Shown here: one piece after another, positions 27,666 through 41,486 of the stretch
Layout of the letters: every line of letters begins with the position of its first letter
Numbering within the stretch: the first letter of the stretch is position 1
Assembly: GCF_964204645.1 (NCBI RefSeq)
Contig: NC_134027.1
Coordinates: 17,632,560-17,696,559, forward strand
Length of the DNA: 64,000 nt
DNA from: Tubulanus polymorphus
Lineage: Eukaryota; Animalia; Nemertea
Direction of reading: 5' to 3'
Made by a program: the position numbers and the translations under genes
The notes under the pieces: model-generated
Seen by the model: only the letters and a program-made list of their open reading frames with translations
Database searches by the model: none
Told to the model about the DNA's origin: nothing

Positions 27666-29049
27666 GGCCAGAAGAGCTCTATTGAATTTCGAAGACGTTT
27701 CCAAGACGCAATATTCAGCCACCCTCTGATATGTGACATCATATGAAATTTATTAGCGAACCTATGGTTCGCTTTTGCTATCACTAGCTGATGACGTCAT
27801 GCTTCCAATATATTTGCCTATCGCGAAAGATTTCAGTAAAACGGGTGGCACACTTGTTATCTAGATGGTCCTGAGATCTGATTTTTTATCGGAGGTGTCA
27901 TATAGTATCTATCTTACAATCTGAAAATTTTATAGAATTCTGAACTCGTGTTTTTGTGAAATAATCGAAAATATACCAAAATCGAAGCAAATTGCTGTTC
28001 TTTTTCATGTATACATGAGTTTCTGTGAAATCAAAATAGACCCGGACTGCTAGTACTATAAAGTTTTGGGTGTTGTTCAAATATTTTCACATAATTTTGG
28101 CTGGATAAACGTCTAGATTTACTTCCAGGCCGGTCTAAACGCAGGGGTCTGACTCCCACCTAACTCGCTAATAACATGGCTCGACCTATGAACTATCCTT
28201 TCTTAGATAGATCCAAGAAATATGGTAGCCTATAAGGAACATTTTTAAAATTCAAATGTTGACAGAATTCGCCGAATGGATTTTTATTTTAAATTCGAAT
28301 CAATCGAGATCAAGGTTAAATTTTATTTCATGATATTTCATCCGCAATGTTGACATTTTGTTTCAACAGATCAAAGTTTCGGTTTCTTTGATTATATTTG
28401 TGAATGACCCCGGTGCGTCTCCGTACACTAGACACCGCGCACTAACGCATTTCCTGGTTTATTCACACGTGTATTTACACGGTATTTCTGCTCAATGAAG
28501 TTAAGATATTCTAAGAATAATGATTGTCATTGGTCCTTAGTGCCCCGAAAAAATGTCTACTACAGCAAGATGTTAGTACGGGACCAACGGACGGGATATC
28601 AATCCTCTTGTCTAGTATCACACTGTGATTGCAATTCAATTAAATGCAATTTAATTTTCACTTTATTTCTATTGATCTTACGCATTGTTTTACAGATACC
28701 GGTACCCCAAGAATGAATCACCACCTCGACTCATTGAAGCAGGAATTATAGATTTTTTCGAAAAACACGCTTCAACCAATATTCTTAGCCAAAAACTTCT
28801 GATATGATTAGGCCTAGCTCCTATCCTATCTTTGAATATGAATATTATTATCTGAAAATAAATATGGTTATTAAACCAAGAGTTGCCGTTTGATTTTGAT
28901 CGCTCCTTTGAAGGTTTGAAAGGCAATGTGAGTAATTGGAATATCAGGGGTTCAGGCCAGGGACGAGAGGACGACACACTACTCATCACCACAAGTATTT
29001 TTTTTTTTAATAAATGGGAGATAGAAAATAAATAACACCGCAATAAATA

Positions 29050-31148
29050 ACAGAATAACACCAGCAAAAAACAATTTGAAATAAAAAAGTTAGTTGATGT
29101 TACAAAAGAAATTGAACATAAAGTATTAAAATTAGAAAAGATAAAAACTAAATATGGAGATAATATATCAGCAAATTTAAGTTACCGTAATGTTAGTACA
29201 ACGCGAGAATTTAAAGTATTTTTACCTGATAAATGGGTTTCATTGAGTACAGAGGAATTAACAGATTTAGAGGGATTTAAAATAATCTATCATGGAAAAA
29301 ATGAAGACGGTCATCATGATTTAGAAGTTGTTTATTAAATAAAAAATAAATTGATAATAAAATTAATTAAATATTAAGAATCCGAAATGACTTATTTAGA
29401 CGATTCAATTGATCGAGGCACTGACGAGAACGATTGATAGCGTGTTTGCTATATACAGGGGGAAGGTGACCGTGCTCATATGATCCAGGTTCATGCAAAT
29501 TGTTTTTTCCTAATAATGGGAGACATTGAGTACCAGACAGAAAAAAAATGATGTTAATGAAAATCAATATGATTGTACATATTGTAAAAAATACATTGAT
29601 AAATCTAATAAAAATCATTTAAAAAAATATTATTGATTTTGAAACTGCAGAAAATTCCAATGAAAGAAAAGAACAATTAGAAAATATAAAAAAAAGATGA
29701 AATTAAATGTAATGTAATGAAAAAATATTTGATGAATTTAAATGTCATATTGAGGAAAGATATTTTGAGGGTTCTGGTTTAACATTGAATGAAATTATAT
29801 TTTTAGATTTAAATATTTATAATACAAAAAGAAATAAAACATCAAAAAGTAATAAAATGTTTAAAAATGATTCAAACTTTACAACTGAAAAGGATATTAA
29901 AGCATCATCTTATATTAATTTACCATTTACAACAAAAGTAGTAATAAATGTTCAAAATGAAGATAATAAATGTTTTCTATGGTCAATTATAAGTTGCTTA
30001 CATCCAACAGAAGAACATGGTTATAGAATAACAGATTACCGGAAATACGAAACATTATATAAAATTGATCAATATCCAGTAACTATAAAGATGATTCCTA
30101 AAATAGAAAAAGTTAATAATTTGAAAATAAATGTATTCGAATTAATGCAATTACCAGAGACAAAAGGTGAAAATATTAAGGATTATACATTAGAAGCTTT
30201 ATATTTAACAGAATATTATGATGATGAAAACGTTATAGATTTGTTATATTACAAAAAAAGATGAAAATGAACACTATATGTGGTTAAAACAAATGTTAAA
30301 AAATGTTAGAAAATGTTTGTCGAAATTTATGACTGAGAATGCATTATTAAGACATAAAGAATTATGTGATAATAAAGATTTTTGTAAATTAATAATGCCA
30401 ACAAAAAAAGATTGTAAGTTGAAATTTATTAATCATAAATTTAAAAATATAGTGCCATTTGTAATTTATGGGGATTTTGAATCGTTGAATAAAGAATTAA
30501 CTGATCAAGATAGAAAAGAAATATACAATAACAAGCAATTTTTTAAAATCAATGGAAAAAGGAAATGAATTAAATGAAGACATAATTCAAGACCCACCAA
30601 TTATATACACAATTTAAAAAGTTCATCAAATAGCTGCTGCTTATGGAATTTATATAAAATAAAATTATCCTGAATTATATGAAAATCAATATATTTCTTT
30701 TAGAGGTGAAGATGTAGTAAATGAATTTTGTAATAAAATAATTGAATTAGAAAGTGATTTTGCAAAATAATTAAACAAAAATAAAAGAATAGTTATGACA
30801 AAAGATGAAATTGATTTTAATTATGCAACTCATTGTTGTTACTGTGAAAAACGTTTTTATTCATCTGATAAAAAAGTTAGAGATCATTTAAAATATACAA
30901 ATGTAGAATAAGATTTATTAAAAGAACCAGACATGGTTTTATTATTTGATAAATCAATTAGAGGTGGAATAAGTGGTGTTATGGGAGATATTTTAAATCA
31001 AATGATGAATATAAATTATTGTATATTGACGCCAATAATTTATATGGTTGGGCAATGATGCAACCTCAACCATATAAAAATTTTATGTTTACAGATGTTG
31101 AAAATGATGATAGAACTAATTGGGAAAGCGCAATTATGAGTTTAGAAG
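29050..31148 (+). mobile_element. Decayed Maverick fragment: homolog of ORF 57236-57577 followed by internally deleted pPolB
   Basis: KTKYGD...FKVFLPDKW...GKNEDGHHD; then ASSYINLPF, INVQNEDNKCFLWS, VPFVIYGDFES, IRGGISGV, YIDANNLYGWAM. Confidence 0.88.
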
Positions 31149-31281
31149 AATCGCCAAATCTCATAATTCCCCAAATTTCTTAAAACTTCGATTTAAATTT
31201 TGCAATTCCACATTACATTATCCCAGAAATTCTACACTTTTTCGCAGGCGTCAAATAATTTATTGAAATTAATTTTCTTGT
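31149..31281 (+). repeat. Second copy of the 10614-10750 repeat; abuts the truncated pPolB
   Basis: Direct sequence similarity. Confidence 0.8.
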
Positions 31282-31809
31282 TTATTAAAGTAACGGTATG
31301 TAACGTAGCTTCCGTAGGCATACATTGGAAAAGATTGTCAAGACTATTTAGCTACCCTCTGATTTGTGATATCATATGAATTTTATTGAAATAATTTTCA
31401 TTTTGTGAAAAATATTTTTTTCCAAATATAGACCTAACCCTGTACCCTACGAAATTTTGGACGTGGACCGTAAACAAATGTACATTTGACTACAAAATAA
31501 TTCTTTCAGAAAGATAAAATGAAAAAATAGAACTTTGAATTCACGAATTAAAAAGATGCTATTGCCAAACAGGCTCCAGTTTTCAAGGTAAACCAGACTT
31601 GTCCCATGGGCAATTGATTTTCATTATTCAGCAATAGGGCCTAACATTTCATGCAAGAAAAACCACAGTCACTCGAGATTACCCTTACAGTTGTAGTCGT
31701 TTATACAAATCTTGTGTAGGCATAAGTGCCGAAATTGATGTATTTAAATGGGTTTTTGTATCCAAATCCTGATTGATCTAAATCTCTTGGCTGGGACATG
31801 ATGGAAAAC

Positions 31810-32068
31810 ATCAGCATAAAGTAGTTTCGTCTTTAACAGAATCACATTTATGAGTTTTGACAATACAAATAGCGTAGGCTAAATCCTTCGGCAGAAAATT
31901 GAAATTCATTTTCAGCATGAATGAAAATCGTACATTAAGATCTTAAGTCTGTGGTCCTCCCAATCAACACAGTCATAGAACATTTGCCGGCGGATTTAAG
32001 ACATTAACCATTTAATACCTTACCTCAGTATGATCTATCAATGCTTCAAGGCCCATTGGCTTTTGTTA
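31810..32068 (+). repeat. Second copy of the 3835-4097 repeat
   Basis: Direct sequence similarity. Confidence 0.7.
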
Positions 32069-33495
32069 TCTGCTGCCGGCATATCGGGCCTCGCTTACGC
32101 GAGATATTTTGAGTGGAATCAGAAGATTTGGCTTCTAAACATGATACGACTTACGTGAAAATACGACTTATGAAGTACGAGCTTTAAGCATAATTGTATA
32201 TATGTGATGATAGCCACTTTGTTTCCTTTATGCTTGGAGTAATCATTTTGTCAAATGATTACTCCAAGCTTTATGCAAGATCAAGTCATAATACATTTAA
32301 ACATGCAGATTTGAAAAAGTGAGAGCGAAAGTTATATTTCTGTCTGAATTCAACATTACGTTTACAAGCTGTTAGTAGTCGAATCTGAGAGGAGATACAT
32401 TTTATGGAACATTTTTTGCTGGAAAGGGGAAAAGAAATAATGAAAACCCAAATCATAATAATCACAAGGAAAACAATAGTGTTTTACCGATGACGGTCAG
32501 AAAACCCTGAATAAAAACACCATTGATTCGTATAGATTAGAAATTTTTAAAAACAGCTATTCAACAGGAGCTGATTCACAGTGCATCCACGCAGCACAAC
32601 CGTACGAGTAAATAAGTAATTTACCTTTTACCAAATCGTGTCCAGTGAGATCTGAATGCCAGGCCAGTGTTATTGAATCCTGTGGTTTCGCATTTGTGTA
32701 ATAGTATTGCATATTGTTAATTCATTATTCATTGGAACATATTAAGAAATGTATATGTTATTTTTCTAGGCCTTTCAACTTGGTTCTTTTTTTCTGTTCA
32801 TATTTTTCAGCCACCTCCACCATCTTATTATGACTCTACATTGATGGACACTTAATCATGATAGATTTGACTACATAACTACATTACACGAATGGAAAGG
32901 ATTTCATGCAGCATTTAGAAAAACCATTAATCCATTGTCTCTGATGACTATTAAGCACTTTTCAGGTCATTGGCGGCAGCTTACATGAATGACAATTATT
33001 CACTACTCTAACCTGATTGTTTTGTGTTAATGATATGATAACATTAAGTTGTATTAAACAATAAAGAATGTATGGTAGATTCGGTCTACATTCATTCTCA
33101 TTGATGACATTAAAGTTTTATATAGTATATAGTATGTATGTCAAAACCCTAAGTAAGAATCCCTCATGTAATAATCCCCTGAAATTAAGTTTTACATCAA
33201 ACTTAGATAAAGAATAGATGATAGATTTTCAAAGCTACTATCATGACAATCTTGATGCATGTAACTTGCTAAAAGTAAAAAATAATGTGATTTCTATGCA
33301 TGTAGCCTGCTTAAAGTCACAGATTATCCAAGGTGAAAATTGTAACCAACACAATGGAGAATTTAAGATATTGAAATCTATATAAGTTGTGCAATGTTTG
33401 TATATTGAAATGCAATTTATTATTAATGTTTGTAGCATCCTCCCTCAGTTGGATTCGAACGGTGTTGTCATATCGCAGAATCACGCATTCACAGA

Positions 33496-34930
33496 ATTTT
33501 CATAGTCGTGTGTATTTTAGAATAAATATTTATTCTAAAATATTAATAATTTTAATTTCAAAAGCATATTGAAATTAAATCAAATGGTCGCTCCGCTCCC
33601 AATTGATTTAATTTCAATACACGATATAATAGATTTAATCATATAAATCTAATAATATTAATTATTTTGTTAATTATTACCAAGGAATACACACGACTAT
33701 GAAAATATATTGTAGTGTGGAATTAAAATTACTTTTTATATTTGTTTTTTTATTCACTCAACCTTTCAACCTCCGATATAGAACAACACAGTTACAATTA
33801 CTCTAATATTTTATATATGAAAATCATATTAATGAATAACATATAATGAAATCAATCTTAATAAAAAATTTATATAATAAATGGAGAGTAAACAAGTACA
33901 CAGTGAGAACAACAAATCATTCTTAGATAGAATTAAAGTTACTACAAATGCTAAATCTGTAGATTATAAATTTAAAAAGCTAACTGAGTTAACAATTCAT
34001 AAGAAATGTTTAATTACTAATATTGAAACAACACTAAAAAATATGGTAATAAATTAATAATTCATTTAGAATTTGAAGGATTGAAAGGTAATGAATATAA
34101 ATTCAGAACATATTTTACAGATAGATTTCATCGATTATCTAGTGAAGATATTGAAGAATTATATTCTGGTGATTTCTATTTCATATATAAAGGTAAGAAT
34201 AAAAAGGTCACCATGATATAGATTTCGAATAAAAAATATGTAAAATAAATTTTGATAAAACATTTATATTATAAATGTAACCAAATAAGAAGTACTACTG
34301 TCCAACATGTAAAATTAATACAGATAAATCTCAAAAAAGCAAGACATAATAAAACTAAATCTCACTTAGAAAATAAATTGAAATTAGGATATAAAGATGA
34401 TATATTTGAAACTAAATTAGAAGAATTGGTGAATGATAAAGAACTATATAAATGTGATACATGTAATCAATCATTCAGTAACAAAAGATAAACAACATTT
34501 AAAATCTAAATATCATATTAGAAATATTGATAATGATATTTTAGGTGTAAATAAGTTTGATAAAGATAATAATAATAAACAAAAGATAATAAGAAACATG
34601 AAAAATAAATTGAACAATAAAAGACCATATATGGAAGATGTTAGAATTTATATTAATTCATTAGATGATAAAAAAGATATAGAGATAACTGAAGCATTTA
34701 AAAATGATATTGATCCAGCAGCTATTGAATTTAAATTTCACAAAGGTAAGACGTTTGAAGAAATAAAAAACATTTAGAAAATATGAATGATATAATGAAA
34801 ATAATTACAGACGTAGAATACCCAAAAATTAGTATATCTGTTAAAGTAAGATTTTTAAAATCTGAAGATAAACCAATTTTATGATATTAACTCCCATTCG
34901 CAACGCATTATTTCTGCTCAGCATATAGAT
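33496..34930 (+). mobile_element. Decayed Maverick terminus: branched hairpin, promoter, MESKQ-gene homolog (33881-34232) and pPolB N-terminus (~34275-34930)
   Basis: MESKQVHSE...VDYKFKKLTELTIHKK; KARHNKTKSHLENKLKL, PYMEDVR, PAAIEFKFHKGKT match the pPolB at 57606-61631; many frameshifts. Confidence 0.9.
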
Positions 34931-35838
34931 GTATCATAGTTTTAAACAGTTACTGTTTAAAGCAACTCTTTAAAGCTACGTTGATACGTTGAGTAGTTTA
35001 CTGTTTAGGCAATGAACACTATTTGCTGTCCCTGGAGTTTAACCTCCACGAAATACGGAAGAAGAGATGAAATCCATTTTGCTCTCAGAAAATGGAGCCA
35101 TGTTAAAATGTTCTTCTATCAGTTGAAAACTGGCCGTAAACTTCAGCATTTCATCATCAGCTGATGCAATTAGTTTCAACTGTCGACTACCTACAGATTC
35201 AACAGCAATAAGCTGAATGTCCTTATTTAGCAACGGTGACCTGAAAATTATAAACAAGACAGAGATGAAAATGAAAGTTTGAAAGGCTCATAGGTATACA
35301 GGAAAGATGTAAATCCGCAAGAAATTTTAAGTGTGTTTAGATTTCGTGATTTAAAGTGCAATATGCAATTGTCTAAGCTGGTGATCGCTTCTTAATTAGG
35401 CTTAATTATCATTACTTATATGTTAGGCAGGAACATTAGAAAGATGGCTAGAAAGACTAGATCAGCGCGCGCGCTGTACGATCAATATTTATGTACACAG
35501 CATGTTCTGTGTTACACACACACAGCGAGTGTATTGAGCGTCGCTGTAGTAACGCGCTATATACTTAAAATAAAACATTGTGTCGACAGATACTTTTTTT
35601 GTAAAATTGGATGAAATTTAACTGAAATTTTGTAGAACTTGTTGTGGCAAGAAGAGGTTCATAATTGAATAGCGAAACGGATAGTTTCAGCATGAACATT
35701 GTTGGCCAGGCTTGATGTATTCGTTAGCAAAATTTCGCCACAATGCTGACCCCACCGGTATTATCCTGTAGCTTGATATTTCGTAATTGTGCCAAAGTAC
35801 CGTCGTGCAATTTTTGTGGTGATGGTAGTTCATCCTGT

Positions 35839-36330
35839 AACAAGAGGCCCATGGGCCTTGTACCTTCATGACGCAGTAGAAGTAGAATGATTCAGTATTT
35901 AGTTAACGGAAAGATTTACATTGTAACGATGTAACAAGTTTTAAAATAGTTAAGATGGTATAGGCTATGTGGCGACAATGTTCATTTTCTGTTATTATAT
36001 CCTTACACGAAAAGACAATCCCACGGCCATATTTGAAAGCCGGACTCCATATACAAAAGGCATGGACAGCTTACCTTACCTACCCTGATCCTCACACCAA
36101 ATTTTGTGGAATTCCATCAAGAATTTCGGGCTGCATCGGCAAACAAGAAATTCAAGATGGCTTCCCCAATGGCAGCCATATTTGATCACCAATGACATTT
36201 TTTACAATAGGGGTGGACATCTCACCAGACCCAATCGTCAAGCTAATTTTCAAAAAGATTCATCGCAAATTGCAGGCGAATTACTGTGTCAAATTCAATT
36301 CCAGAGGTCCTGGCTTAGGCCTATGCAATG
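35839..36330 (-). repeat. Probable degenerate Helentron/HINE-like repeat
   Basis: Begins aacaagaggcccatgggccttg, the reverse complement of the 3' end of the 3835-4097 repeat; far boundary uncertain. Confidence 0.4.
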
Positions 36331-38442
36331 AATCAATTAAGATTCGGCTTTTTGAAAAACCAGCACGGATGCCTTTTCAAATCACATGTAATTAAAAAAT
36401 CCAGCGCTTCATAGTTTGATGTCCCTGTTTTCATCGCGCACGTGGTTAAAATTATTGTTTACATCGAACGTATTCAACAGCTGCCGCACCCGCGTCTGTC
36501 AATCCTCTTAATTGATTCATATACTAAAATGCTCACTATGAAAAAACTATGCGGTGGATCAATCCGGAATTTTTCAGTAGAATGTCAGACACTAGGTACT
36601 TTTTTTAAAGGTTTATTTGTTGTATGTCATTAACAATCAGTTATATAATACTTTATAACATTGAAGCGGCGCGCCGGCAGCGAATCAGTCACGTAGGCCA
36701 ACGATAACACGAAACAGACCACGGTTTTGCCTGTTAAGAGCGTCTCTCCACATAAATTAGAGGGACTGTAATGGACCATTTGTTGACACTAACCTTTAGT
36801 AAACTTCGTATGGATACAATCAAGATAATTCCACCCTATAATTTCACTATTCAACGATCGACGCGCAGCTTAAACATGGCGCCGCCATTCAATACGCTAG
36901 TCACGATGTATCTCTACACGCATCAGAATCACACTTGAATTACAAGTGTTGACTTATGAGAGACGATCGAAATCCAGGAAGAAAGCCACTAAATATTTGG
37001 ATGGATATATGAAAGCTGTGGATACTGGAGTGTGTAATGGGAAGTGTGTAGTGTGATCTGTATGCATTTGTTTGTGGCCAGCACACAGATCACATTGTTC
37101 GTTGGGGTTTAGTCCAGGACTCGCGAGATTTTCAACAACACGGAAGTAACGTGTAAATGACTTGAATTGCATGACTACCTACCACCCCTCATTATTATTG
37201 TAAACGTTCCGCACTGACTAAAAATTAGTAATAATAATTAATAACATTTTAGAAATGGCCAGAATTTTAACTTAGGTTCTATCTCATTTTTATTTTACAA
37301 TTGCGATTGGTATAATTTTTTTTTTAACGGCCGTTAAGGCTTCATGTTTCGTCTGCAATTCACTGCAAATAGTTACGCAACTACGCACATTTCAGTGTTT
37401 TGGCAGCTGTACACTCAATCGGCGCCGTTCGTGACTAGCTTAACTGCGGAATTATCATTAATTAACATCGCCATATCACATCATCAACTTATATTGTGCC
37501 TTAAAACCCTAACAGCCGAAATAATTGAAATGCATACACGATTTCTATCATTGAAAATTGAGAGAGTGGCCGTGTTTGTGTTCTGCTGCTTCGCGTAAAT
37601 CCCGCACGGTGGCGCAACCGCGCGGAGTGGGGCCGATACGTCTAGCAAGTTGATTGGGAAAATAGCAGCCATATAGTTGAAAAAAAGTTGATAAACCACC
37701 ACCGAATGTCTAATCATTTAAAAGCTTTGCCTTCACATGATACCATTTCCGCCTTATCACAGGCGCACTCTGCCGCCTAGTCAGTAACCTGTCTATGGTT
37801 TAGTTTCACGATCGGATATTTTCACAAACCACAGTCAGGAATGGGAAGGTCATTTTTCAATGAAATCTTCGTCAGCCAATTTGACTGATGAGTAATTTGC
37901 CCGGCATTTCATTGTCTTTGTTGTAATCGACGCACAACAGATTCGTAGTTTGTCTGATACCTTTTTGATAACACCTCACCTGACGATATTAATCCATGCG
38001 CAAATCGGCCGTAAAGTGAGAGTAAATTTCCGTCGGGTCAACAGCTGCCATTTTGAAAATTACTGGAGAGCGTGGCGGTTGTGGCAAATAGTGGCGCGCT
38101 TGCATCTTAGGACCGGTGTAGGGTAGTGGTAGGTGAGATGAAACGCCGATAATAATGATGCCATAATTATTCAATTTAATCAAACTTTATTGTTTCGCAT
38201 TTTTGGTTGTCTGAAGCTCCGACGCTTCAGGCACAACAATTCTGACAGAAACTGGAGTAGTAAACGTATTCCATATCGAGAATGCATTTTTAATACATTT
38301 GCAACAAAAATACAAATATAAATGACATTTATTATCAATATCATTATTATTATCAATCCACATCAATTGTTTTCGATGCCAAAATTAATTGAGTGTGAAA
38401 TCATTGCGCTTTTCGAGTAATTAATGATGGTATAAACAGTAA

Positions 38443-38831
38443 AGCCGCGGACACACTGGGCGATTTCGTCGGCCGACGAAATCGCCGCCGATTTTATGAC
38501 CGATTTGATCGCCGACAGACCCGGACACACTGGGCGATTTCGTCGGCGACGAAATCGGCGAACAGCGCCGCTTATTTTGAAACGACCAGCTGCTAGCGCC
38601 ACCTTTAATAAATCAAAGAGCCGTGATTGGCTGGTTAATACGGCGCTCGAGGCGACTGATCGCCATACCCGGACACACTGGGCGATTCTGTCGCCGGCGA
38701 CAGAATCCAACATGTTGGATTCGGGCGATTTCGTCGGCCGACTAAATCGCCTAAGGCGATTGCCCGGACACATTGGGCGATTTTACCGGCGATTTCGTCG
38801 GGCGACGAAATCGCCCAGTGTGTCCGGGCCT
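38443..38831. mobile_element. MITE, PIF/Harbinger-like, highly palindromic
   Basis: TIRs agccgcggacacactgggcgatttcgtcg / cgacgaaatcgcccagtgtgtccgggcct; flanks TAA/TGA; internal repeats of ggacacactgggcgatt. Confidence 0.75.
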
Positions 38832-39576
38832 TGATGAATCATAAATATGCATGCAATTATTATCGAAATCGTCTTTTATTTACATGGAATCTTGAAGGGT
38901 AATCAGACTGTTCTTCTCAAGATGATATTGACGCTTATTTAATCAGTTATCGCTTGTATTAAACTTCTACGAATATCCAATATATCGCTGTAACGCTTTA
39001 AACGTTTCTGTACAGTTGCGCCATTTGGTAACACTCGAAATTCAGGGAATGACCGATGGCAGCGACCAGGTATATTTCTAAAAAGGTCTTCCTGTTCAAA
39101 CATAACAACGAATTTTCGGACATCCACTTCGAAATTATCTTTTTGACCTGACCACTTCTGAAATTCTTCCTTCTCCGATACGGTTGATAAATACTTATTA
39201 TCGAGTGCGCGGTCAAACTCTCCAACAGTACGACTATACCGTACCGTTCTACGGTCTTTTCCGTTAACATGCCATTTGCATCTTTCAATCGTAAAATAGG
39301 AAACTTACCTTTGAATTCGCGATTAAAGAATGCGTTAACCAAATCCATCTCTAAGTTGTGTCCGTTTCCGCCTCGATAGTTTACCTTTCTGTTCCATATT
39401 ACGTCCATTTGCAAACGTTCAGTTAGCCAACCATTCAGAGTCCTAGAATGAATGAGCAGTGAGAATATCGCGAGAATGACTGATAGTTCAATCAAAATGT
39501 TATCAATCGAATTCGAGGTGCTCATTGATATATACCTGCCGTTAGACGATGTCCTAATATCGCATATTTGCTGTGA

Positions 39577-40836
39577 TTTTTAGCCCACTTGGGACTTTAG
39601 TCCCAGCGGGCTATTGCGTTCACTTTTCGTCCGTCCGTAGACGGAATCCAGTTATTTTGGGAAGTTTTGAAGACTCATCAAGGTAACGTCTTGATATTTA
39701 AGTTACACATGTATCTACCCTAGACCCATCTTCAGCCCAAAAACTGGCCCTATCAGAATCAAGACGGCCGACTGGCAGCCATTGTTGTTCGCCAAAATCA
39801 GCACTTTTACACATTTTTGAACTTTTTGAGGGAAATTTTGAAGACGCTTTGATCAATTAGCTTGATCTTTCGGATATATGTGTATCCCCCCCCCTCCCAG
39901 GGCCCATCAGCATAACAAAAATTAGGTCGATCAGCCTCAAGATGGCCGTCCTATGACCTTTTCAGTGCCCAAAAATGTTAATTTTCGCCCGAATCCTGAG
40001 TCCTGTAGCTTCCTACTGGTTTGCCATTTCTCATTGCAATTTGTGATGGGTATTCTTTGGAAAGGGATGTTTTATACCTGAGACTGTTATTTTTCATCAG
40101 CCAATTATGACGCAATTGGTGGCCATCTTGGTGTCACCAGTACTCATTCGTAAGTGGGAAAAAGTTTTTCCACATTATCTTGATACCTAAGCGTGTTTTG
40201 CTACCACAATCAATTAGAAAGTTGTAGCTCATAACGTGTTCTATGATTGTGGTGAGTTTCAAGGTAATTGGATTTCGTATATGGCCACCAGGGGGCGTTG
40301 AATAATACAATATCTCGCATTTCTTTATTATATTCGTACCTATGCATATTTTGTAACCACAATCAATTGGAAAGTTGTAGCTCATGACATCATCTATGAT
40401 TGTTGCAAGTTTTAAGGACATTAGTTTTTTATATGGTCACCAGGGGGCGTTGAATAGTAGAATAACTTAGTATTTCCTTATTATATTGGTTCCTAGGCAT
40501 ATTTTGTTACCATGATCAATTGCAAAGTTGTAGTTCATGACATGTTCTATGATTGTGGTGAGTTTCGAGGTGATTGGGTTTTGAATATGGTCACCAGGGG
40601 GCGTTGAATAGTAGAATAACTTAGTATTTCCATATTAAATTGGTAACGAGGCATATTTTGTTATCAAAATCAATTATAAAATCGTAGCTGCTGACATGTT
40701 CTATGATTGTGGTGAGTTTCAAGGTCATTGGTTTTTGTGTATCGTCACCAGGGGGCGTTGAATATTGAAATTGTTAGATTGTTGAGCAATTGGAACCACT
40801 TCCCAAGTGGGCATGGTGTCCCTGGACCCCTAGTTT
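39577..40836 (+). mobile_element. Non-autonomous Helentron (HINE) with ~154-bp tandem repeats, inserted in a transposase exon
   Basis: subTIRs gcccacttggga / tcccaagtgggc, cgtccgtccgt, repeat units at ~40287, 40440, 40594, 40748, 3' stem-loop and ctagttt end. Confidence 0.82.
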
Positions 40837-41374
40837 ATAAAAAATCGCAGCGTATCTGTCCTCCAAAATTTGCAGATGACAGGGCCATCATTTTCACGAA
40901 TAGCTTCTCACCTGGCAAGTTCTTGCAGACCCGTGAATATTACTCCGATGGAATAATTCAATTTAAAATCTTCACCTTTCTTCTTTTTAAACTTTCGGCA
41001 GCTTTCTGAACTATACCACGATCCATCTGCAAATATTTACATGTATAATTTTTTTTTCAAATTTTTTACTTCAGAAACTTGCATTAGAAAAAACCGTTTA
41101 CAATACAAAAAGTGACATAATACCTGGGATATCATCAGCTGATATGCCAACGCAACTAAAATGGAACCAGCTACCTCTCGTGCAGTTTTCATTGTCGCAC
41201 CCGATTATCCCACCGGTAGACCCAAGATCGTTCTTACATATGCAGTACGGGTATTGTTTCCGGCGACATTCATCGGAACAATACCAGTCTCCAACTAAGT
41301 CATCCGCATTAAGATCCATGCACGTTAAATGGAATGTTTTGCAAAATGTATTTGCACAGTCTACTGTCGGTTCC

Positions 41375-41486
41375 TCGTCTCCTCGAAACCAAAGGAAAAG
41401 TGTGAATTGAAACCCATAATTGAGGATTGGTTTCGTCTCCTCGAAACCAAAGGAAAAGTGTGAATTGAAACCCATAATTGAGGATT
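41375..41486. repeat. 58-bp tandem duplication spanning a splice acceptor
   Basis: tcgtctcctcgaaaccaaaggaaaagtgtgaattgaaacccataattgaggatt occurs at 41375 and 41433. Confidence 0.9.

Noticed and set aside
28690-29067. 125-aa minus-strand ORF
   Set aside because: No recognisable motif; it straddles a junction with the Maverick fragment.
38204-38240. Small hairpin (ctgaagc...gcttcag) as a possible AcademH terminus
   Set aside because: The partner end lies outside the window, so neither TIR nor TSD can be verified.
38363-38834. Arg-rich ORFs on both strands
   Set aside because: By-products of the repetitive, palindromic MITE at 38443-38831.
40134-40790. Regularly spaced repeats resembling a CRISPR array (also 11683-12230)
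   Set aside because: The whole units are homologous, with no unique spacers; they sit inside HINE termini in eukaryotic DNA and there are no cas genes.
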